From: the human T2T-CHM13v2.0 reference genome, Homo sapiens
DNA: 64,000 nt
Strand: one strand, 5' to 3'
Assembly (NCBI RefSeq): GCF_009914755.1
Contig: NC_060933.1
Of this stretch, positions 13,938 to 34,683 are shown piece after piece. Each line of letters starts with the position of its first letter. Position 1 is the first letter of the stretch. The position numbers and the translations under genes were made by a program. A model generated the notes under the pieces. That model saw only the letters and a program-made list of their open reading frames with translations, had not been told where the DNA came from and searched no databases.

Positions 13938-16589
13938 AAGCCTAATCTTTGCCACCAGAAAACTGGGAAAATACAGTGTCGCTTGTCAAAATAAATTGTT
14001 TTACTTTGCTTTAAAAATAATCAATTGAGTAGTATATTTCTTCCAGCAAAATTAAGAAGTAAACATTTAGAAATGTACAGTACCTTGCTGTTAAGTCTTC
14101 GCATAAGTATACCAATCGAACATAAAAGCCACCTTAAACTTTCATTTGAAATGAAAGACAATTTTTAAGAGGTTAAGGGCTAGTAATTTGTTAAAGTCCT
14201 GAAGTTAAATTAGCTCAAGTAAATATAAAGACTTTCCTTTAATTAAAGCCTTTTAAATGAACACTTTAAAGCATAGTTGGTTTCTCCCTCAAATCTTGTC
14301 CAAAGCCACTGTTTACAACTCAGTATATCAAAGAAGGTTTCAGACATGATTATGAAGCTCCCTCAACTTACAACGTGCTATTTGCAACCTTAGATGCTAT
14401 CATTCTGGCTTTTCTAACTTTTAGCAACAATAAGCACACCCTTCCCATTTCTCCCCCACCCTGACTTACCCCTCTTTGCATTTAATAGATAATTTTTCTC
14501 AGAGTGTTCTTACACATCTTCAACTGTAAATATGACAAAAGCACACAGTATAGTACATGTGCCACATGTATAAATGTTGTATCTAGTCATACAATTTTGC
14601 TTTTAAAAAAGAAATATTTTATTTTCAAAAAGCAAAGACTCTAGGAATCTTTTCCAGCTGCCAGTCATAAAAACATGAATTTCTGGTTAGAGCCCCAAAT
14701 TTCCCTGACCATAAGAACCACTTGTGGTATTTGTCAAACACATGTATTCTGAGTCCCATCCGTGATCTCCTGAATCAGAATCAGCAGGAGAGAGGCCTGG
14801 GAATACACATTTTAAACAAATGTCCACAGTGATTACGATTAGTCAAGCTTGAAAAAAATTTCACTAGGATCATTATGACTGAATAACCTCACAAACATAG
14901 GAAAGTTACTGGAGAAAAATACGAGCAGAATTTCAGAATTCTGCCTTTGCTGAAAGTGTTTGTTCCCTCCTCCTCTACTCATCAAGACCTGACTGCTTAT
15001 GTAACTCCCCCAAACCACCAACACCTGGGAGGAGTTGAAAATGATTTTAATGAAGAAGAAAAGCTGATGTTTAATTTCAAAACTGACGGTGACAATAGAA
15101 GGGAGAGGCATGAATTTATCTTGATTCTAACACAAAGCATTGTATTTGAGTCAACAAACAAAATTGGTTTCATTTTTATTTTTTGTAAGTTTTCACCAAA
15201 CTCTATGCATATATAGAGGCTGGGCAAGAAAGAAAGAAATCCAGAAATATGGCATATGCCATCCCTTATTTATTTCCCCATGCGACCAGCCAACAGCTTC
15301 TTCACCTAGTCCCTGCTTCAAGCTGACTTTGTGTCTACTTCTCTATCGGAAATGGAGCTTCCCTAAAGACTGCCTCAATGTCAGTTACCCAGAGGCCTTT
15401 TTTCCATCTTGTGTTCCTAAACTTCTATGATATTAAATGATATTACCCTTTCTGGAAATTCTCCTTAGCTTTGATTTTATAATTTTACTCTAACTGTTTC
15501 ATTCCTTCTTTTATAGCCTTTCTTTTCTCTATCCCTTTACTGCAGACATGTTGTACGGCTTTGTTCTTGACCTTCTGATCTCTCCACATTCATTCCCTCA
15601 GAGCATGTATCCATTTTCTTGGTGTCGGCCTTCCTGACTATCTGATTATTACCATCATATAACGATGTTGGTGATGAGCATAGCTAACATATCCTAGGCA
15701 TTTTCCATGTAGGTTATCATAAGCACCCTATATAATTTGTACCATTTAATTCTTCAACCCTAAATGATACTATTACGAACCACATTGTATGAGATGAGGA
15801 AACAGATTTTCATCAAAACCATGGAAAGCCAACGTGAGGAGCCCCTGTGTGTCTCCTTTGTTAATGCCTCTGGGCATCATGGCATGTGGATTGCCCTAGA
15901 ATGGTGATTAGGAAGCGCAGCACTGTGAAAACACCAGAAAATACGTTATGATAGCGGGTAAGGATGCTCATCTCCGCCCATTGAGATGGTTTTGTTTCTG
16001 AGTCAGGTTTGAGATGAGCCAATCCTGACTCCATGGTGCCACCAGGGATCACGAATTTAATAAGATCTTCGTGGATGCTTGGAACCCAACTGATCTCTGT
16101 TTTCTACTTTAGGGAAAGAGTCACAGCTTAAATTGGGTGGTTTTGGTGTCACATACGCTATCAATAATACCCACCGTTTTGGTGTCACATACGCGATTAA
16201 TAATACCCACCGCTGCAGAGGAATCACCGTGGACTACTGCTTGTTTCATCCCATGATCTTGCGATGGATCCCTCTCACCTGTTTACTGATTTCATTCAAA
16301 TTCTTCAGCGACCACAGGACCCCGACTTGCCTTCTCTATCCTGGTTCCCATCACGCTGATTTACAGGCCTGGCCTGCTCGCGGCTCCTCACACCAGCACT
16401 GCGCGTCTCCCTCCACGCCTCTGCCCTGTTTCCTCCATCAGACAGGACTAGCTTCCTCCATCTCTATTGGGCAAAAGCCTGCCCAGCGTTCAAGACCCTC
16501 CTCAGATGCCGGCTCCATGATTAGGCTTCTTCCTGACTCCTGACCCTGTAACACGCGCCACCATAACTCTCCACCTTGGCCCACATTCC

Positions 16590-17520
16590 CACAGCACTCG
16601 CGACGTCCGCGGCCCTCAACATGGCGCTTCATTCCATTTTAGGGTATTTCCTGCTTGTTTCCTGCACACACAGTCGCGCGAGGCACAGCCCCGAGTGACC
16701 CGCGCACGAGTGGCCCGCGCTCCCAGACGCACTGCCGCAGGCCAGGAGGGCAGCCTGAGCCGCTTCCCGCCCCCGCGGGACCGTCACCAGCCCACAGCTC
16801 TAGCGGGAGGCGGTTCCACAGCGTGCCCGGCAGCCCCGCCACCGTCAGCACCGAAGCCTCGGGCGGGCTTTCCCCACCTCTGGGAGGCACGAATCCTCAG
16901 GGGCTCCTCGAGAGGGTGCCAGGGAGCAGATGCGTGCGGACACCTTTCGGCCCTCTGCAGCCGCCGTAGCTCCGCCCCCCCCCCCCCCCCGCCCCGGGAG
17001 AAACCCGGAAGTGGAAATCTCAGCCATTCAGCATTTGGGTGAAGACGGAGGTGGGTTCTGGACAGACCTACGCTGTCAGGGAGTGTTTACTTCGCCTACA
17101 CTTCTGTTCCTCCCCGCCCTGGTGCTGCTCCAGGTCACATACTCGTCCTGAGCTGGCTTCAGCCTCTGCACAGAAGTCTCCCGGAGCCATGGCCTAGTAC
17201 TCTTATGTGAAGTCTACCAAGCTTGTGCTCAAGGGAACCGAGGTGAAGAGCTGGGTCCTGCAGCTCCGGCGGGAGCCTCCTCAGTTCTTTTCGGACGCAC
17301 TCCACCCCCGCGAATCCGGTGGGAGCCGTGGTGCGGAGAGCCGGCTTCGTGGCCTCCCAGGCTTCGCTCTGACCCTGTCTGGGCTGGACGGAGGCCGGAC
17401 CACCCTTCCTGGCGCCTGTGCAGAGAGGGGAAGCCTCCTGCGCGGACGACCCTGGAAACAGGATAGACAGGCGGGTGACCCGTGGCCCCGTACCCACGAG
17501 TTTGGGTCCCCTGAGGCATC
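16590..17520. promoter_or_regulatory. CpG island / FRG1-type promoter
   Basis: High GC and CpG density around exon 1. C16 tract and GC boxes at 16972-16995. ETS-type CCGGAAGT at 17005-17012. Confidence 0.85.
17189..17250 (+). pseudogene. FRG1: FRG1 pseudo-exon 1 (coding part, 62 nt)
   Basis: ATG GCC TAG TAC...: codon 3 is TAG (17195-17197; Glu in FRG1). The expected donor at 17251 reads CT instead of GT. Confidence 0.95.
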
Positions 17521-19398
17521 TCTCCAGGCCTCTGCCTGGTGGGTGTGCGTTAGTCTGATCTTGTAGTTCATTATAATAACTTCCTTTATTAGGGATTATT
17601 CTTTTCTCCATTGTCTCTTCCTGGAAAAATTATTGATTAATTTTTTTCTAAGCTAATATGTAGAGTGAAACCAGGATGAATCACACAGTGGTTGAGGTGT
17701 ATATGGACTTTGATAGGGATATGGGCTGGAACCTGCACTCTGTCATTTACTAATTTTGTAATTTGTGGCAAATTGGTTAATATGTCTGAACTTCCATTTA
17801 CTCATTAAGAGATCAAGTATCTGAACCTCCGTTTACACATTTATACTTTCAGACCATTTTTTATACCTTTAGAAGACTGTGAGGATTAAATGAGAGAACA
17901 TACATGCAGTAAATAAATTGAGCCAAATGTGAGGAGGATGTTGTAGTGGTAATTTATTAGCTCTTTAGGAGAAAAATAACTGTGCATTCATATCCCTGCT
18001 TCTTTTTTAACTGGCAGATTTGCCTGAGGTTGACTGTACATACAAATATTGAGCATTTCCTCCTGGCCTCCGTGATAAACAGAAGTTTTGATATTGTTAG
18101 GCGAGATGGAAAGAAAGTATCAAGGAGTGAGCTGAAGCCACTGCCCTTGAGAACCCTCTCGAGGAGTCTGGCCTCATGAAGATGCCAGAATAAATGGCAG
18201 GTATATCCTGAATGAATGTGAGATTTTTACTCTGTGAATTTCCTATGAGGAGTGGTGAGTTATCTTCTGAAAACTTTATGATGAAAATGCAGACAAGAGT
18301 GTCTTAAGATTATCGTAATAATCATAATTAATGCTTATATAGCACTTTCAATGCGCCAAGAAATTGTTGTAGGCACTTTGCACATTAACTTTTTTCAAAT
18401 CCCTCTTGGGTTTTTATTTTTTTATTGCGATGTAATTCATAATTATAAAATTCACCCTTTTGTACAGTCAGTGGTTTTTAGTATATATTCAAGAGGTTCA
18501 CCACTGTCTAGTTGCTCAGCATTTTCGCCACCTCAGAAGGAAATCTCTTCCTACCCATTAAAGCTGTCACATCCCATCTTCCCCCTCTCCTAGTCCATGG
18601 CAACCACTAGTCTGCTATCTATGTGAAATTGCCTATTCTGAATATTTCCTAAGAAATCATGCAACATGTGGCCTTTTGTATCTGGCTTCTTTCACTTACA
18701 ACATTCTTGAGGTCCATCATTGTTGTAGCACTTGTTCCTTTTTATGGCTGCGTAGTAGTCCATTGTATGGATGTAATATTTTGTTCATCCATTCATCAGT
18801 TGATGAACATTTAGATTGTTTCCCCTTTTTTACTATTGTGAGTAATGCTAGTGTGAATATTCTTATGTAAGATTTTTGTGGGTGTATGTTTTCATTTCCC
18901 TTGGGTATACATATTTAGGAGTAAAATTCCTGGGTCATATGGTAACTCTTTAACTTTTTGAGGAACCCCAAACTGTTTCCTGTAGATGCTGCACCATTTT
19001 ACATTTCCACCAGCAATGTGTGAAGATACATATTACCTCTTAATCCTCACAATAGCCTTAAGAGTTAAGTTGTTATCCTAATTTTTTAAATGGGGAAACT
19101 GACTCACAGAGACATTCAGTATCTTTTCCAAAAATTGCAGAGCTAAGAAGTGACAGAATCAGGATTTAAAATCTGGAGGTGTGGCTCTACACTCTGCTTT
19201 GAACTTTAACATAATATATACAAAGCCTGAAGCAAATTCTCAGTACTGTATTTAAGAGGGCATAGCAATGTAAGTCTTCCTAAATCAATAATTTATAAAT
19301 GAAACAACTTAAAAGACTTCCAAGTTTCAATCTTATGATACTTATTTATCACACAAATCAGTATACTTAAACTCATCTATATAAATTATGTCCTGTAG

Positions 19399-19467
19399 TA
19401 AGAAGAAAAAGAGCAAAGATAAGAAGAGAAAAAGAGAAGAAGATGAAGAAACCAGCTTGATATGTTG
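19399..19467 (+). pseudogene. FRG1: FRG1 pseudo-exon 2
   Basis: tgtag|TAAGAAGAAAAAGAGC...ATGTTG|gtgagt. 69 nt, with two 1-nt deletions relative to the TQLDIVG coding sequence. Confidence 0.93.
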
Positions 19468-20370
19468 GTGAGTCAGTTTTCAGTGCTTTATTCTGAAAAA
19501 AGTTAACATTTCTTGAGATCTCATTGAAAATATTTTCCTAGTTAGAAATTTATGATGTATTCATATTTGTCTTAAAGTGCTTAAATATTACCTACAGTTG
19601 TAAATTCCATTTATTCTTTAGCACAGTAGATGCTACTGATGCCTTTACTTCATTATCAGAACAGAGCACAGGAAAGAAGAATTACAACTCTCTGACTTAG
19701 TAGGCTCCATTAGACTGCTTAATAGCCGGAGATTCTGATACATAATTTTAAAGGCTTAATGTAAATGTTATTCAACCAAATATATTTTACAAGCTATTTT
19801 CTTTGAACATGTGTACATTTTAGTTGTAGAAGTCAGTTGTCTCTTAAACGAAGTATCTTCACAGGAAAAATCATTATTTTGTGAACTCTGAAATGAATGA
19901 AAATTTTAAATACAATATCAGGGTAGCCTGTAAATGATACTAGAAATAAACTGACCCAAACACACTTAACCAGCCTGTTTTCCGTTTAGCTGTTTCCATA
20001 CTTTTTTTTCTTTTAAAACTTGGCAAGTTGCATTTTGAATCTTCATAAATTATGGTAGCTTAAAAAATATATAAAATATGGAATGGTGTAAAGCTAATGT
20101 TCTGGAAGAATCATTGCTTTTGAAATGGCAAATCAACAATTCTAAAATTAGGGTAAATATCTAGGGTAGATATGTAGATGTGGAATTGCTGTGTCAAAGG
20201 ATAGGTGAATGTTTAACTATATAAGAAACTGTCAAAAATTTTCTAAAGTGGTTGTGCTATTTTATCCTCCCACCAAGAATGAATTAGTTCTCCAGTTACA
20301 TCCCTGCCAAGAGTTGATGGTGTTATCAGTCTTTTCCCCCAGTCTGAGTTTTACCTTTTCAGTTTCTTAA

Positions 20371-20619
<249 letters not shown>

Positions 20620-22417
20620 AGAAGCTTTTAATTTTTATAAAGCTTAGTTTATTTTTTTTCTTTTATGGTTACTGCCTTATCTCTTTGATCTAAGAGATCT
20701 TTGCTTATCCCAAAGTCAGGAAAATATTCTACATTGTCTTTTAGAGGAATCATAGTTTTAGTTTTTACGTTAAATCTGTCATTAATCTCAAATTAATTTT
20801 TGGCATGGTGTGAGTTTGGTTTCAAGATTTACTTTTTTTTTTTTAACATCTTGATAGTCATTTGTGCCAGCACCACTGGTGTTTCCTTTTTCCATTAATC
20901 CAGTTTCTTATCTTCATAAAAAGTCAATTAACTTTCCATGTATTGGTCTATTTCTGGACTCTGTTCTATCGATTGTCTGTTTTTCTTTTGGTATATTTCT
21001 CTTGATTGCTATAATTTCATGAAGTCTTGAGATCAGGTAGTGTGTGTCCTCCAACTTTGTACTTACTATTAGTTTATTAATTTCTACAGTGAAGCCTGTT
21101 GGATTTTCTCGGAGAATTGTATTGAGACCAGATCATTTGGGGGAGAATCAACATCTTAATATTGGGCCTCAATATTTCATAATTTTCAATGTAGCAGTCT
21201 TGCATGCCTGTTTAAAAATTTATTCTTAAGTATTTTATAATTTTACATTACTGTCAGTAGAACTTTTGGATTTGACTTTCCAGTTGTTTGCTGTCAGTAT
21301 GTAGATATACAATTGATTTTTGTATAGTGACTTTATAGTCTGATAAGTCTGTTTCACTTATTACTTCTAGTGGTTTGTTTATATAGAAAACTAAGAAATT
21401 TGCAATTATGTTTCCTGTGACTATTGTTTTACTTCTTTCTTTCTAATCTTTATGTCTTGTCTTGCTTTTTATTGGTTTATTATACTGTCCAGGACTTCCA
21501 TAGTGTTGAACAGAAGTCACGAGAATGGGCATAATTGCATTGTTTCCAAGCTTAGGCAGAAAGCTTTCAGTAGTCCACCATATGGTATGATGTCTGTACG
21601 ATCTACAGAGAAAACCTTTATCAAAATGAGGACATTCCTTTTAAGCTTTGTTTCTTGGCAGTTTTTATCATAACGATGTTTAATGCTGTCAAATGTCTCT
21701 TTCTGTATCTGTTGAGATGATTATACAACTTTCTTCATTCTGCCAATGAATTACATTGGTTTCATTTTCAACTTTTAAACTAACTTTACATCCCTGAGAT
21801 AAACCCCACTTGGTTGTGGTGCATTGTCCTTTGGAATATTGCTAGAGTTGATTTCTAGGTTTTTTTTTTTTTTAAGATTTGTATATTGGTGTTGATGGAG
21901 ATATTGGATTTTTGTATCCTTTTCTTGTAATGTCTTTATTTGATTTTGGTGTCAAGGTGATATTGGGTGTCATAAAATTAGAAGGGAAGTGCTGTCTCCT
22001 TCCCTGTTTTTGGAAATAGCTGTGTAAGATAGGTATGATTTCTTCTTTACATGTTGGATAGGATTTACCAGTGAAGTAATCTGAACCTAGAGGGTTTTGT
22101 TTGGTTTGGTTTTAGTTTTTTGTGGGAGAATTAAGATTTTTTAGGAGATATTTTCAGATTTTTCTGTTGTCAGTTTTGGTAATTTGTGTCTTTTAGGAAA
22201 ATTTCATTTCATCCAAGTTGTTGGATTTATTGGCATAAAATTTTTCAGAATATTCCTTTAATATCCTTTTAATGTCTGTAGAATCTAATCTGTATTGCAG
22301 TCTCTTCATATTGGTAATTTTTGTTTTTTCTATTTTTTCCTGGATCAGTCAGTCTAGCTAGAGGTTTATCAATTCTTTATAAGATCACTTATTTTAGATA
22401 ATTAATGATCTTTTAGT

Positions 22418-22632
22418 ACAGGGGTATTCACTCTTTTAGCTTCCCTGGGCCACAATGGAAGGAGAAGAATTGTCTTGGGTCACACATAGAATGCATTAAC
22501 GATAAGCTGATGAGCCAAAAAAAAAAAAGGAAAAAAAAATCTCATAATGTTTCAAGAAAGTTTACGAATTTGTGTTGGGCTGCATTCAAACCTGGCCTGG
22601 GCCACATGCAGCCCTCAGGTTGGACAAGCCTG
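22418..22632. mobile_element. MER30-like DNA transposon
   Basis: cttccctgggccaca...gaagaattgtcttggg...ttggacaagc. Confidence 0.75.
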
Positions 22633-23045
22633 TTTCAGTATTACTTATTTTCTCTTTTTTTCATTTTTTATTTCATTTATTTTCAGTCTTTTTTTTCCCT
22701 CCCTTTAACTTATTTTCAGTTTACTTTGCTCTTGTTTTATTGCTTCTTAAGAAGAGAGTTAGATCTCTTCATTCCACGTTAGTTTTAGTTATAGTCAACA
22801 CATTTTGCTTTCATTTTCATTCCATTCAAAATATCATCTAGTTTTCCTTGTGATTTTTCTTTTCATGGACACTAGAGTTATTTAAAAGTGTATTGTTTTT
22901 TAATTTCTACTACATAGAGATATTATAGGTATGTTATTGTTGCTGATTTCTAATTCATTTATAGTATAGTTGGAGAACATACATTCTTAGTGAATTTCCA
23001 TGTACACTTGAAAAGAATGTGTGTTCTGTAGATGTTGGTTCAGGG

Positions 23046-23371
<326 letters not shown>

Positions 23372-24903
23372 TAGATATCAGTTAGATCAACTGGTGGAGC
23401 TTGTGACTATGCACATCTTCTGTGTCCTTACTGATTTTTTACTCATCCTACAATGTATTGAGAGTTATGTTAAAATCTCCAGCTCTAATTCTAGATCTGT
23501 CTACTTGAGCAGTTTTTGCTTAAAGTATTTTGAAGCTGTCATGTGTACACATTTAGGATTGTTAAGTCTTCCTTATAAATTCAGTCTTTCATTTTCATAA
23601 CATTTTAACCTTTATTTCTGTTAAATGTCTTGATGCCTAGTTATATTATTTGACCACACTTTTGCTCCTGTCAAGCCTGGGCCTTTGTTAGTTTGTGATT
23701 ATTTATTAGGTTTTTGCCTGTAGACTTAGACAGTGACTCTTATTCTAGGAAAGGTTCAACCTCATGGGCCTCAGCCACATGTTCTATGTATACTTGATGA
23801 GTTCTCTCCACTCTGCTATGTCCCAAATTTGTGTGCTCTCTGGCATCTCCAGTCAGCCCTCAGAAGTGCCAGCCACTCTGCAGAAGCCTTGTGGAGCCTG
23901 CCTGCTGTATGCACTCCCCCCAGCCCTTGTCCCCAGACCTGCAGAGAACTTTTGCATTCTCTTTTGAGGCCTCACCTCTATGTAGTTCCCTCTTCTCCAG
24001 TACCTTATTCTATAAACTCCAAACATGTTAGCACTACAAGACTCTCAGCTTAGTGACAGTGACATTGCCTCATTTTTGGAGGTCTCTACCTCTCTCTGTG
24101 TGGTCAAGAAACTGCCATTGGGCAGAAAACAGAAGTGTGTGTGAGATTTGCCTCCTGTGTTTTCCTGTTTTCAAATATCACAGTCCTCTTCTGCCTGTGT
24201 TCCAATCCCCGAAAACAGTTTTCTCAAATATTCTATCCAGCTTCAGTTTTCTCGTTGGTCATGGTGGGAGGGCAAATCCATCTTGGCTGGAAGAGGAAGT
24301 CCTTCTGTGTCTTTTTCTCCTTGTCCCTCTACCTTCTTTTGCATTGTGGATTTTCTAAACTTGCCATATAAGTAAGCATGTGCCTATTTGTGAAGGGAAA
24401 GAAAAAACACTTTTAATTTTTTAAAGCTGTTCTGTTGGTTCCTCACAAGGATCTGAAGGGATTGGTAAATAGGATGAAAGAAATTCTGTCTTTCACATGG
24501 AGAATACCGTGTGTGACATTAATAAAAATGAGCATGCCTGTAAGCAAAGAGTTTCACTGAGCTCTGCTAGATTCAGAAGCAATTGAACTTACAACATCGT
24601 AGTTTGCAAAACACAGATTTGATTTACCCAGGAACTAAAGCTGAGTAAGCTATGGGTTAATAGAAGGTCTGTGAAGGGTACTTAGACTACAGTAAGATTG
24701 GGGAAGAAAATTCCATTTCCAAATCTAAGATATATCATTCCTTTGTGCCAAGCACATAATGAAGGTAGAGGTTTAAGGGGGCCCTTAGCACAGAAGCACT
24801 GGGTTAGTCAGAAGGTGAGGTGAGCTGTCACACAGCCTTGATGCTAGAATGAGGGTGCCCTGGTAGTATCTTATCAGCCATGACACTGGTGCATCGGGCC
24901 AGA

Positions 24904-25190
<287 letters not shown>

Positions 25191-27071
25191 GCCAGACATA
25201 TGGAAACATTCCCAAATATCTGAAAATATGTGAAAAGCTTTGTTATGCATTGTGAGACAATACATCGGGAATATTTCACAATCTGCCTAAGGTTTAAAAG
25301 GAAATAACTTTAAGCATGTGTCTAAATAGCAAGTAATGTTTTAGAGCGGATTCTCTTAAATTCAGCTTGGGCGTCTGCAGCATATACACAGCTTGAGCTG
25401 TAACCTGACATAGAGACAGGCAACTTCAGTGCCCACTGTTCTTAGGATCCACTGCTTTTTCACAGCTAAAACCCCTGAGTGGCACTGTTAAGTATTATGT
25501 TATGTTACTTTAGTCGTTAAACGTATAAGCATACCTCCAAAGGTTGAATGTAGGCCACTTGCAGAAAGTAGGCAGAATGCTCACATTTAATTCTTGATAA
25601 TACTGTGTTTAGCTTTCTTATTCTTTGAAATCTCATTGAGAAGAAATACTGGCATCTGCTCAAAGTAATTTCTTTTTCTGTTGACAATATTATAAGTAAT
25701 GTTATTTTATCATTTCCCTACTTGGACAGAGTGTGAAAATTTTGAGGAGCTTGTCTGCCAGAAATTTCTTCTTCATTTGCAAAACATTAATGAGATATTA
25801 TATTTAAATGATTTTATTTAAGTGTACTTGGTGAAAGTGGCATAGAACATACAAAATAAAACTAATTTAAAATTATTAACTATTACATTTATAAGAAAGA
25901 CTTGCTAAACATAACATTGTTGATAATGATTCTGAATAAAGCATTATTTCTTTTCCTGAAAACAATTGTAGCTATAACTCAATCATCTAAATTGCTTATT
26001 AGTTTTATTTCTTTTTAATTGTCTATTTTGATTAATTTTCTTTTTCTCCATTGGTTTCATGTGTGTGTGGAGGTAAAATATACAGAATATAGAATTTGCC
26101 AGTTTTTCTATTTTTACGTGTACACTTCAGTGGCATTTAAATACATGCACCATTTTACCTTCCCACCAGCATTGCACAGGGTTTCAGTTCCTCCACATCC
26201 TGCCCAACATTTGTTTTTCTGGTTTTCTTGGTTTCTGTTTTTTATTTGTTTTGATAATAGCATTCTAATGGGTGTGAAGTGGTATTGCATTATGGTTTTG
26301 ATTTATATTTCCCAAGTGACTAGTGATGTTGAGCGTCTTTTTGAGTGCTTATTGGCCATTTGTATATCATCTTTGGAGCAATGTCCATATATATCCTTTG
26401 CCCAGTTTTGAATTGTGGCATTTGTCTTTTTGGAGTTCTCTATATAGTCTGGATATTAATTCCTTATAATGTATGTAGTTTACACATATTTTCTCCATTC
26501 TCTGGGTTGCCTTTTATTCTGTTGGCAGTGGTTCTTGATGCACAAAAGTTTTTAATTCTGATGAAGTCCAGTTTGTCTGTGTTTTCTTTTGTTGCCTGTG
26601 TCTTTGATGTTCTATATAAGAAATCATTGCCAAATTCATTGTCGTGAAGCTTTTCCCATTTTCTTCTAAAAGTTTTGTAACTTTAGCTCTTACATTTAGG
26701 TCTTTGGTCGATTTTAAGTTACTTTTTGTATTTGGTGTTAGATAAGGGTCCAACTTCATTTTAGCTAAAATTTTATGTATTTTAAAATTGATTATGAAAA
26801 GCATGAAATGTTTAGTTGAATAGAAAATTTTGTGCAGTGGAATTAACTGAATCTTTAAAAACTTTTTATTATGGAAATATCCAAATTAATTCATACATAG
26901 AAGAATATAATGAGTCCCCCATGTGCCCAGGCCCCAGCATTAATTATCAATATTTTGCCAATTTTGTTTCATTTACATACACACCGCCACAAACATTTTT
27001 TCCTAGAAAATTTTAAGTAAAATCACAGATATTACATCATTTTATCCATAAGTACATAAATGTACATTGCT

Positions 27072-32434
<5,363 letters not shown>

Positions 32435-32776
32435 ATAAATATACATTTCTTAACGTGGTATGTCTTTCTCTCATCTCCTGTTTTGTTCTTTACTTTTATA
32501 CATTATACTATGTCATTATCAGACCTTGTAAAATTAACAAGAATTCCTTAATATGTCATATCCAGTTAATGATTGACTCATTTCTACTCTAGTTAAAGTA
32601 CAATTTAGGAGGAGGTTTGAGGATGTTTTTTAACATTAAGATATAAACTTTTATAACAACTGCTAAAATAATTATTGCTAGAGTCTAACATTTATATTGG
32701 CAAATTGGACATTAGTATACATAGACATAGATTCTGCTCATTTTGCTTTCAATCTAAAATCGTAGTTAAGATTACT

Positions 32777-33070
32777 GGCTGGGCGCGGTGGCTCACACCT
32801 GTAATCCCAGCACTTTGGGAGGCAGAGGCGGGTGGATCACGAGGTCAGGAGTTCAAGACCAGCCTGGCCAATGTGGTGAAACCCCGTCTCTACTAAAAAT
32901 ACAAAAAAAATTATTTGGGCATGGTGGCAGGCTCTTGTAACCCCAGCTACTCGGGAAGCTGAGGCAGAGAATTGTTTGAACCCAGGAGGTGGAGTTTGCA
33001 GTGAGCCAAGATCGCATCACTGCATTTCAGCCTGGGTGACTGAGCGAGACTCCATCTCAAAAAAAAAAAA
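32777..33070 (+). mobile_element. AluS
   Basis: ggctgggcgcggtggctcac...A tail. Confidence 0.92.
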
Positions 33071-33234
33071 ATTACTATGCTAGAAAGTCTTCCTGTAGAG
33101 GCATTTTTAAGAAGCATTATGATAGGCATTGCCTCTGGAAAGCAGGCATGAATAGATGGCTGGGGTCTATCATGAGAGAGACTGTTCTCCATATATCACT
33201 TTGTACCTTCACATGTTGCCTTTTGGTTTGTTTT

Positions 33235-33390
33235 GGTCTTTTTTTGAGACAGGACCTTGCTCTGTCACTCAGGCTAGAGTGCTGTGGCATGATCATAGCT
33301 CACTATAACCTTGAACTCCTGGGCTCAAGTGATCCTCTTTCACAGCTCCCCGAGTAGTTGGGATTACAGGCATGCACCCTCATGCCTGGC
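33235..33390 (-). mobile_element. Alu monomer (FRAM/AluJ right arm)
   Basis: gagacaggaccttgctctg...catgcctggct. Confidence 0.8.
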
Positions 33391-33718
33391 TGTATGTTGC
33401 TATTGTGTATTTTAAAACCTAATCCTGACTGTGCTGGTAGTCGCATGAATCTGTGCATATATATGCAAACAAGTACATGTAAAACTGGTGAAATCTGAAT
33501 AAGCTTCATGGATTATATCAATGTCAGTTTCCTGATTCTAACAATGTATGATACTTATGCAAGATGTTATCACTGAGACAAAGCGAGTAAAGGATATGTG
33601 AGATCTTCCTAGTATTTCTTATGACTGCAAAATAAAGTTTTTAAAACTAAGTTATAATAACAAAGAACTCTGTGTCAAAACTAAAATATAAAGTTGTAAT
33701 ATCAATTTTATTTTTTAG

Positions 33719-33844
33719 GAATCTGGTGAACAGTAACAAACTTTGGTGAAATTTCAGGAACCCTAGCCATTGAAATGGATGAGGGAACCTATATACATGC
33801 ACTCGACAATGGTCTTTTTACCCTGGGAGCTCCACACAAAGAAG
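33719..33844 (+). pseudogene. FRG1: FRG1 pseudo-exon 3
   Basis: tttag|GAATCTGGTGA...GAAG|gtttgt. 126 nt, TGG>TGA stop at 33727-33729. Confidence 0.95.
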
Positions 33845-34625
33845 GTTTGTGTCTGGAACGGAAGATCCTGCCACAAGTGTAGATTTTAGGACATTCATTC
33901 ACTTAGGCCAAACTCTAACTAGTCTCAAACATTTTCCAAAGGAATGGAACCATTGCATTTGACTCTTCCATTTTTTTAAATTCCTTAATATTTACCAGCC
34001 ATTGGCAAGTCCCTCTTTCTAATATAAGCATTTGAAAACATTCCGTATAGTTCCAGAAGAGTATCTTTGGAAATCAAAACAATATGAATAATTAAAATAG
34101 TAAGTGGAGAGAAAAAAGAAAACCTATTTGAGTCAAACATATTTGAATTTCTTTTTTATTCAGACCTATTACCAAAACTAACTTGGGTGCATTCAACAGT
34201 TTGAAGTTTCCACATTTTCTTTAGCCCATTAGAGGAAGCACTAATGAGATATGAAGTAACTAGAAGATAAAAAGCAGTATCATTTCATCAGCAAGGCCAT
34301 CCATTGAATAAATGAAAGCATTTAGCTTTTTTAAATAAGTGCTTATTTATGACTGTATTTTAAAACATAAAGAGAAGCTATCTTGAAAGTTATTAAATAA
34401 GCATTATATCACCCTGTCTCACTCAGTGTATAAAATTAGCACTGTAGTTAAAAGAAGGTAAAATAGATCTTGATTCCAAAGATACAGTATTACAGTGACA
34501 TCAGTATATCTGAATATTCTTACATTTAATTGCAGAAGAAAATAGCCACATTTTTTAAAGCAAAATAATGTCTTTATATTTATAGCATATGTCAAATTTA
34601 TTTTCAAATATTTTTTCTCCAATAG

Positions 34626-34683
34626 TTGATGAGGGCCCTAGTCCTCCAGAGCAGTTTATGGCTGTCAAATTATCTGATTCCAG
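34626..34683 (+). pseudogene. FRG1: FRG1 pseudo-exon 4
   Basis: aatag|TTGATGAGGGCCCT...TCCAG|gtgaac. Encodes DEGPSPPEQFMAVKLSDS, 58 nt, intact. Confidence 0.95.

Noticed and set aside
16639-17611. Overlapping GC-rich ORFs, including 17207-17566
   Set aside because: CpG-island artefacts. Only the first ~15 codons of 17207-17566 are FRG1; the rest is intron.
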